Origin: Candidatus Methylomirabilis sp.
GTDB lineage: Bacteria; Oederibacteriota; PGYV01; DYJU01
NCBI GenBank assembly: GCA_020722985.1
Contig: DYJU01000001.1
Location: 4,943 to 68,942, forward strand
Length of the DNA: 64,000 nt
Direction of reading: 5' to 3'
In this document: positions 58,701 through 64,000 of the stretch, piece by piece
How the letters are laid out: every line of letters begins with the position of its first letter
Numbering within the stretch: position 1 is the first letter of the stretch
Notes under the pieces: model-generated
Database searches by the model: none
The model's input: only the letters and a program-made list of their open reading frames with translations
What the model was told of the DNA's origin: nothing
Translations under genes and position numbers: made by a program

Positions 58701-61700
58701 GTGCTTGATATTGGAAATATGCGCGTTCAGGTACTTGATACGGATGGTAATTTTCTCGGAAACTGGGGAAATTGCGGGAGCGGGGATGAATGCTTACAAT
58801 CGCCTTTTTCAATTGCAATTGACGGTTCGGGGTTCCTTTATATTGTGGATGGGACACGGGTTAAGGTTTTTGACCAGACAGGCAACCTTAAAGAACTGGC
58901 AGAAAATGAGAATATGGTTTATCCTGTATCAGTAGCGATAGATGAGGAAAGGAACGTTTATGTAACGCAGGCTTCCGGCTGGACGCTTTTAAAATATATC
59001 CCGTGTGAGACATTGCCAACGCCTACATCATCGGCAATACCAACTTATTTACCAACGATATGTTATGAACTGGGAAATAAGTGGGGGTATGAAATTGAAA
59101 ATTTACCGTTTGGTGGCATAGCAGTGGATACTGATGGTAAAATATATCTGGCAGAAACAGCAATAGGTCAGGTCACCATTCTTGATCAGGCAGGAAAACA
59201 AATCGGTTATTTCAGAACATCTCCAACAGTTGTGAGCGAGGATTTTCCATTTGGAGATCCCAGTGCTGTAGGTATAAGCAGTTTAGACAAAATTTATGTT
59301 ACAGATATACTCGGCAGTAATGTTCAGGTATTTACAAAGGAGGGGATTTTCGTTGATTTATGGACTGGAGATGGAACAGAAGCAGGGAAATTTAAGCAAC
59401 CTTCCTGGGTTGCTGTTGATGATATAAGAGGGCTGGTATATATCACAGATTTTCAAAATTCACGTATTCAGGTATTTGATTTAAATGGCGCACCTGCAGG
59501 GAAAATTGGTGAGATTGGTGTTTTCAATGGACAATTTTTAGGACCTATAGGAATAACTTTGGGTAAAGATGAAAACATTTTTGTAAGCGATATTATTTCT
59601 GGAAATATCACAAAATTAAATAATAATTATGAGTTTATTAAAAGGTGGGGTGGTTTTGGAACCACATCGGGATTATTTGCAGGAGCAGGTGGAATTGCTA
59701 CAGGTCATGATGGCAGAATATTTGTTTTAGATATTTTAAGGAAGAGAATCCAGGTTTTTGATCCGGATGGAAATCTTATACAGGTGCTTAATGGTCAATT
59801 AATGGGAGGAGAAGATTTTAACTATCCGTCAGGAATAGCAGTTGATTCAGAAGGCAGTATTTATGTATCTGAGATGGGGTTGCAGAGGTTACAAAAGTTT
59901 GTTATATGTGGGACGGCGCCGACACCAACCTCAACACCGGTTTCAACACCAGGAATAACAGTATGCCTTACTCCTGGAATGAAACTTGGTGGTGTGGATG
60001 CAAAGGGGTTTATAAATCCTGCTTATTTTGACATTGATACCAAAAATAAAAAAATTATAGTTATGACAGAACTTACTATAGGACCTGGCTTAAAAATTGC
60101 AATATTTACATTAGATGGTGTATATGTAAGTAGTTTTGATATACCGGGGGAAAGGTTTGATTATGCCTCCTTAGAAATAACCTCTGATGGTAGAATATTT
60201 TTATTAAACAAGAAAAATAAACAAATACTTGTATATAACCAGGAAGGGATGCTTTTAAATACCTTTGGTGAAGAAGGATATGAAAAAGAAAAATTAAAAA
60301 TTCCTTCGGATATGGCGGTTAATTCAACCACGGTGTATGTTGCGGATGAGACTTTTAAAATAAATAAATATAACCTGTCAGGAGAGTTTATAAAAGAGGA
60401 AGGAAGAGGAACAGGCGCGTTTGAAGGGCAGGTTGGAATAGTTAAAAAGATATATATAAATGAAGATGGAAGTATGATAACTTTTGATCAGAATAATAAA
60501 AAAATTTCAAGATTTGACCCTTCAGGCAGTTTTGTAACAAGGTTTGGTGGTGCTGATGTATTTAATTTAATAATAGATATAGCATTTGACTCTTATGGAA
60601 GTATATGGGTGGTTGATAATATGGGGGTTGAACAGGGTAATATAAAAATATTTGATGGGAATGGGTATATTATAAAAACTTTAACAGGAAATGATTTTGG
60701 GGTTGAAAATTTTAATACAATAAATGAGATAAAATTTGATAGCAAAGGGAATTTATATACTTTACAAACATCGGAGAATCAGATAAGAAAATTTGATTTA
60801 TGTTATCTTATTACTCCAACACCTACGCCAGATGTTATTCAGGGTATTGAACATTGTGAGGTATTTATTAAACAATGGGGGAAACAGGGAAATGAGCCTG
60901 GTTTTTTAAATTACCCATCAGGCGTAGCAATAGACAGTGATGGAGATTTATTTGTAAGTGAAAAATACGGAAAGCGGATAGATGTATTCAGTTCCAGTGG
61001 AGATTATATAAAATCATTTGGCAGTGAATTGCTTGAAGTTCCATCGGATCTGGTAATAGATAGTTACAATAGATTTCTGGTTCTTGATAGTTCCCTTGGT
61101 TGTATTTATGTATTTGATTCAACCGGGAATTGTCTGACATCCATTGGATTTTTTGATGATGAATATAGACATTTAAAAAATCCTTCTTCGCTGACAATAG
61201 ATGGTGATGATAATGTTTATGTGGTAGATACAGGAAATCACAGAATACAGAAATATCACATAGATGCCCTGAATAATACAACGTTTGTAAAACAGATAAG
61301 TATAGGCCCGGGAGCATTTAAAAACATGCTGGATACGCCTGTTACAATATGTGTAAATAATAATTATATATACGTTGTTGAAGAGACAAATAAAAGGATA
61401 AGTGTGTTTGATCTTGATGGAAATTTTATAAGAATATGGGAACCATATATACCTGGTGAAGGTTATTTAGATGTTCATAAGATTAGAGACATTCAATATT
61501 TTGAAAATAATTATATGTATATATCTGACTGGGAAAAAGACAGGATAATTGTATTTGATGAAAAGGGTAGATTCATACATTCTTTTGGAAAAACCGGGGA
61601 GCAGATTGGTGAATTTATGGAACCATATATTGCTTTAAATGGAGATGGACAGATATATGTGGTTGAACATACGGGAAACAGGATACAGAAGTTTCAGCTT

Positions 61701-64000
61701 TGCGAAAATCTGATGCCGATGCCAGTAGGCACGCCTATGCCAGATTTGATAATAGCAGGGCTTAACGTAGTAGAGGACGGTGTGACAAGGACATTCACGG
61801 CACGGGTAAAAAATATAGTAATATCCACGTTTGGTATAGCATCGCCTCAGGTGGCGGTTTCTATTTATGAAAATGATCCCAGAACAGAAAACGGAATTCT
61901 GCTTGGCACAGGATTTACGGATGGAGCTCTCTTAAAGGGAGAGGTAAAGGAAGTCAGTATTCCTGTTTCTGTGACATTGACTGTAAGAGGTCCAATATGG
62001 GCAGTTGCAGACGATACAGGCAATATTACGGGCTTGTTTCAGGAAATAAATGAGGAAAATAATTTTTATAATTCAGAGATATTTATAGAGGCGCCTGAGT
62101 TCACACCAACACCAGGTATAAAGAACGAAGCGCCTGTAGTTAATCTGGGAAAAGACAGGGTGCTTACCTGTATGGACTCTAAATTGCCTGTGGTGACGCC
62201 CATACCTGTATTTGAATTAACCGAGATAAGCACAAAATTGAATAACGCAACAGGGATAGACCACAACCAGAGGCTTAATAAGATAATATTATCAGTGAAT
62301 TATTCAAATGGACTGCCATGGAACTTTGAGGTTGTAAACCCTGATGGATCCCATGAACAGTTCAGCGATATAAAAGGATTCACAGATGAGGTGCCGATTG
62401 CGATAGCAAAAGGTAGTTGTGACGGGTTTTCCATAGGAGGATTTGAGATAGGGACGCTGTTCGTAGGAACGGGAAATCCAGGGGAAATAGCGAAGATTTC
62501 GTCTGATGGTCTGGTAGCGGAGGTGCCATGGGTAAAAATTCCAGGTGAGACAGGCTTATTCAGGGGTGATTTATACATAGACGATACCGGCATATTCGGA
62601 GGAGATTTAATAGCGGTCACCACTGCAGGAGGGGCATACAGGATTAATTCAAACAAAGAAATCACAATGCTTGCGAAGTTTAATTTTAAACTGGGAGACG
62701 GCTTGATAGTGGTGCCGGATAATGAAGAAAAATACGGTCCGTGGTCCGGGAAAATACTGGTAGGTGCAGAAGATACGGGACAACTTATAACAATAGATGC
62801 TGAAGGCAATACACAAGCTTACCCGGGATACTCGCCTGAAGACATAAAACTGGTCCCACCGAACGAGAATTTTTACGCCTGCGCTTATTCAGACGCGGTT
62901 TTATACGGCGCACCAGCAGGCATGTTCGCTAATATGGTAGGCGATATTATAATAGCGCAGGAATTTCCGGGTATACTGTGGCATGTAAAATGGAACGGCG
63001 AGGAATTCGTCAAAAAACAACTCGGTAAGACATTAGGTCAATTTGAACAGATAGCGTTTTCAACAGAAGGTATCGTTGAGATACAGCCTATTTATTCAAT
63101 GAGAATAGAGCCAGAGGTGAGCGATGACGGACTGCCGAAACCGTCTACTTTAACCGCACAGTGGGTCCTGGTGGATGGTCCTGGAAGCGTTGATTTTTCC
63201 GCACCCAATAGCATAAACACTGATGTGGTCTTTGAAAAACCAGGGATATATAGATTAAAACTTTCTGTTTCTGATGGTATGCTGAGCGAGTCTGACGAAA
63301 TAAGTATTACTGTCCCTGATTACGGAGTTCCGACTTTAACACCCACAATAACGCCGACCGTAAACCCTTCCTTTAAAAGCGATCTGACGATACTTGATAT
63401 AAATACATCGGAAATACATAGAGATATAAAAACCCTTGAAGTTACAGGCAGGATTACTGTAACCATAGCGAATATAGGTGATAGGTCTCCAGGAATTGAA
63501 ACCGAACTTATAATTTTTGAAGATATCAATTTCAATCAGTCCTATGATTATGGGATTGATACAGTGCTTGGAAGTGCAGCAATACCAGCCAGTTTTAAGC
63601 CAGGATCAGACGCAGATTTCACATTTGAACTTCATTATACTGAACTTTTCAGGGAAAACATTATTTATGCTGTTGTTGATGGCGGGAGTATTGTTGCAGA
63701 ATATAATGAAAATAATAATATATTAAATACAGGCGACAGGTGCGGAAATATGTCCTTGCCTCAACCTGATACGCTTTCTTTAAAATGGGCATGGACATCT
63801 TCAACAAAAGAACCTGATTTTATTAATGTAAGAACAAGTCCGCTTGTGTGTGACATTAACAATGATAACGTTCCTGAAATAATAGTTAATACAGGAAATA
63901 TAAATGGCGGAGAAGATGGTATTTTAAGAATTCTTAATGGAATTTCAGGAGTGGAGGTGTTATCAGTTACGGTAAATGCCTACAGGATAAACAGTATGGT
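55758..64000 (+). CDS. Giant secreted multi-domain protein of more than 2,740 aa that continues past the window end. It has multiple NHL-repeat six-bladed beta-propeller domains separated by TPT-rich linkers, a Cys/Asp-rich segment, a PKD-like domain and FG-GAP-like repeats.
   Basis: I read the frame by hand and found it open from 55584 to 64000 with no stop. The ORF track omits it because it has no in-window stop. The proposed start is the TTG at 55758, followed by the signal peptide KKVFFIITYLSLYFVFILTPSSVLA. The TTG at 55623 sits downstream of a GGAGG and is an alternative start. NHL signatures recur, for example EFNIPGTIAISPDGLVYVWDFGNNRIQIF and FMYPGSLAIGEDNKIFVLDIGNMRVQVLD, with ...RIQ(V/K)F repeated. 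The PKD-like block is QWVLVDGPGSVDFSAPNSINTDVVFEKPGIYRLKLSVSDG. The FG-GAP-like block is VCDINNDNVPEIIVNTG. Confidence 0.65.
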   Translation, partial: MKKVFFIITYLSLYFVFILTPSSVLADSNDNIYIPCDADFTKKLDLMVNCSLHGKDERRYYLKIINRNNEAIDIRDINLAIKLWLYEPELWCITLTGQNGEVYDGNGNRINAMQIESNNFCSFVSKEIFIEDKNHKSNQEGSSFIIYKSGVATIPAGGWVQGFEIFITSKCNFLKPAENRQKIYYAYLPDNMKNKEQTVIPGGMYEASGRIILASNNGYVKWRDDDKETCYGIFDDYSGIPSNQGKSNGNIMGPYYDDHHFALYSGSSLIGEIKKYGKIDPETGLPPGAALCMPAITHTPAFTITATCTITPTLTATLTENVFNCPPKKHRWHPCGLVCEAVTRNCEEDDDDDDCDDDGCRDDDCFSAGSDCKKCGDGCEKSKCKHKCGKHGSYIKLTWHAAYKGIFRNPDYYEVYRALSEAGPFNLVFIVPGKSGSIHHQIVTVYDKPGDGYWCYKVRAVKKECKKGCKKCKKKYSNFTNICCAATGVVDSPTITPTISFTATNILSPTFTMTQTSSDTETLTATPTVTITVTYTITRTMTETITPTITYTITPTITETVTPTVTQTVTRTVTQTITKTVTSTITPTISPTITESITQTITATITQTVTPTITETITPTVTTTITETITRTMTETITPTITYTITPTITETVTPTVTQTATRTVTQTITKTVTSTITPTISPTITESITQTITATITQTVTPTITESVTPTITETITPTVTQTMTETVTETVTQTITSSITQTITPTITVTFTPVSEICLKFAEKWGVDLSLLFGAIAYYTGEQGYIVPIGAGYGQDGNIYVSITGYIPVTGVYEILINEYPRLAPLIESMGLADIYIDQVVVLNKDGKVIKQWGKHGSEPGEFNIPGTIAISPDGLVYVWDFGNNRIQIFNTDGDYIREIPGSGSGPGSTPQIQDYFPIGIAFDNLGYIYIADGYSTVMKFTPEGDPVNGQWPVGSFGSETEQFMYPGSLAIGEDNKIFVLDIGNMRVQVLDTDGNFLGNWGNCGSGDECLQSPFSIAIDGSGFLYIVDGTRVKVFDQTGNLKELAENENMVYPVSVAIDEERNVYVTQASGWTLLKYIPCETLPTPTSSAIPTYLPTICYELGNKWGYEIENLPFGGIAVDTDGKIYLAETAIGQVTILDQAGKQIGYFRTSPTVVSEDFPFGDPSAVGISSLDKIYVTDILGSNVQVFTKEGIFVDLWTGDGTEAGKFKQPSWVAVDDIRGLVYITDFQNSRIQVFDLNGAPAGKIGEIGVFNGQFLGPIGITLGKDENIFVSDIISGNITKLNNNYEFIKRWGGFGTTSGLFAGAGGIATGHDGRIFVLDILRKRIQVFDPDGNLIQVLNGQLMGGEDFNYPSGIAVDSEGSIYVSEMGLQRLQKFVICGTAPTPTSTPVSTPGITVCLTPGMKLGGVDAKGFINPAYFDIDTKNKKIIVMTELTIGPGLKIAIFTLDGVYVSSFDIPGERFDYASLEITSDGRIFLLNKKNKQILVYNQEGMLLNTFGEEGYEKEKLKIPSDMAVNSTTVYVADETFKINKYNLSGEFIKEEGRGTGAFEGQVGIVKKIYINEDGSMITFDQNNKKISRFDPSGSFVTRFGGADVFNLIIDIAFDSYGSIWVVDNMGVEQGNIKIFDGNGYIIKTLTGNDFGVENFNTINEIKFDSKGNLYTLQTSENQIRKFDLCYLITPTPTPDVIQGIEHCEVFIKQWGKQGNEPGFLNYPSGVAIDSDGDLFVSEKYGKRIDVFSSSGDYIKSFGSELLEVPSDLVIDSYNRFLVLDSSLGCIYVFDSTGNCLTSIGFFDDEYRHLKNPSSLTIDGDDNVYVVDTGNHRIQKYHIDALNNTTFVKQISIGPGAFKNMLDTPVTICVNNNYIYVVEETNKRISVFDLDGNFIRIWEPYIPGEGYLDVHKIRDIQYFENNYMYISDWEKDRIIVFDEKGRFIHSFGKTGEQIGEFMEPYIALNGDGQIYVVEHTGNRIQKFQLCENLMPMPVGTPMPDLIIAGLNVVEDGVTRTFTARVKNIVISTFGIASPQVAVSIYENDPRTENGILLGTGFTDGALLKGEVKEVSIPVSVTLTVRGPIWAVADDTGNITGLFQEINEENNFYNSEIFIEAPEFTPTPGIKNEAPVVNLGKDRVLTCMDSKLPVVTPIPVFELTEISTKLNNATGIDHNQRLNKIILSVNYSNGLPWNFEVVNPDGSHEQFSDIKGFTDEVPIAIAKGSCDGFSIGGFEIGTLFVGTGNPGEIAKISSDGLVAEVPWVKIPGETGLFRGDLYIDDTGIFGGDLIAVTTAGGAYRINSNKEITMLAKFNFKLGDGLIVVPDNEEKYGPWSGKILVGAEDTGQLITIDAEGNTQAYPGYSPEDIKLVPPNENFYACAYSDAVLYGAPAGMFANMVGDIIIAQEFPGILWHVKWNGEEFVKKQLGKTLGQFEQIAFSTEGIVEIQPIYSMRIEPEVSDDGLPKPSTLTAQWVLVDGPGSVDFSAPNSINTDVVFEKPGIYRLKLSVSDGMLSESDEISITVPDYGVPTLTPTITPTVNPSFKSDLTILDINTSEIHRDIKTLEVTGRITVTIANIGDRSPGIETELIIFEDINFNQSYDYGIDTVLGSAAIPASFKPGSDADFTFELHYTELFRENIIYAVVDGGSIVAEYNENNNILNTGDRCGNMSLPQPDTLSLKWAWTSSTKEPDFINVRTSPLVCDINNDNVPEIIVNTGNINGGEDGILRILNGISGVEVLSVTVNAYRINSM
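57363..57941 (+). repeat. Near-identical tandem duplication, about 276 bp then about 303 bp, inside the Thr-rich linker of the giant NHL gene
   Basis: The unit acaataacgcggacaatgacggaaacaataactccgacaat... at 57363 recurs at 57639 with only a few substitutions and a 27-bp indel. It encodes TITRTMTETITPTITYTITPTITETVTPTVTQT... Confidence 0.7.

Noticed and set aside
60988-63726. ORFs 60988-61317 -, 62066-62266 -, 62300-62809 -, 63320-63535 - and 63517-63726 +
   Set aside because: They are embedded in the continuous + strand NHL, PKD and FG-GAP reading frame and have no motifs of their own.
1-64000. tRNA and rRNA genes
   Set aside because: No T-loop (GGTTCGA) or acceptor-stem pattern was seen in the intergenic regions, which are mostly occupied by the repeat family. 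None is called.

Overview
This is a low-GC window (about 30% GC) in which TAA is the dominant stop codon. It is probably from a diderm bacterium that makes LPS, because it carries an O-antigen-ligase-like gene and a GT9 heptosyltransferase. Almost all genes lie on the + strand. Recognisable content, in order: (1) the 3' end of a secreted DUF11-repeat protein with a T9SS-type C-terminal sorting domain (CTD). (2) A PP-loop ATPase, a YacP/NYN protein and an MscS channel. (3) Two efflux modules. One is an RND adaptor plus pump. The other is a TetR regulator followed by a ybhGFSR-like set of a HlyD adaptor, two ABC ATPases and two ABC-2 permeases. The two modules share a 20-bp palindromic operator that overlaps a TTGxxx-16-TATAAT promoter. 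(4) A decayed defence islet: a beta-class DPPY DNA methyltransferase with an in-frame TAG at a conserved Trp, the adjacent putative restriction gene with an in-frame TAA, an intact DUF4143 AAA ATPase, and a hicB with a frameshift plus hicA with an in-frame TAG. (5) rmuC, a DinG-like helicase, mutL-miaA, an MFS transporter and an AGE-family epimerase. (6) A cell-envelope and secretion neighbourhood: a PorV-like barrel fused to an OmpA domain, a TPR plus TolB-like lipoprotein, a TPR protein, a LacI regulator, waaL-like and GT9 genes. Next comes a methyl-accepting chemotaxis protein (MCP) gene whose stop codon directly abuts the start of a 2032-aa protein that has Fn3 repeats and a barrel-like C-terminal region ending in Phe. 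After it lies a 1076-aa Fn3-repeat cargo protein with a CTD. (7) At the 3' end there is a gene of more than 2,740 codons with no stop inside the window. It encodes several NHL beta-propeller domains, TPT linkers, a Cys/Asp-rich motif, and PKD-like and FG-GAP-like segments. The ORF track does not list it because it runs off the window. The most striking non-genic signal is a roughly 320-bp repeat bounded by terminal inverted repeats (5'-GTAATAGTTNAGCCACCAG ... CCAGTGGCTAAACTATTAC-3'). It has nested internal helices and occurs nine times, all in the same orientation and always between genes, taking up about 5% of the window. It looks like a MITE that may also act as a structured RNA. No rRNA, tRNA or CRISPR array was found. 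All functional calls come from reading motifs by eye, and no database search was run.
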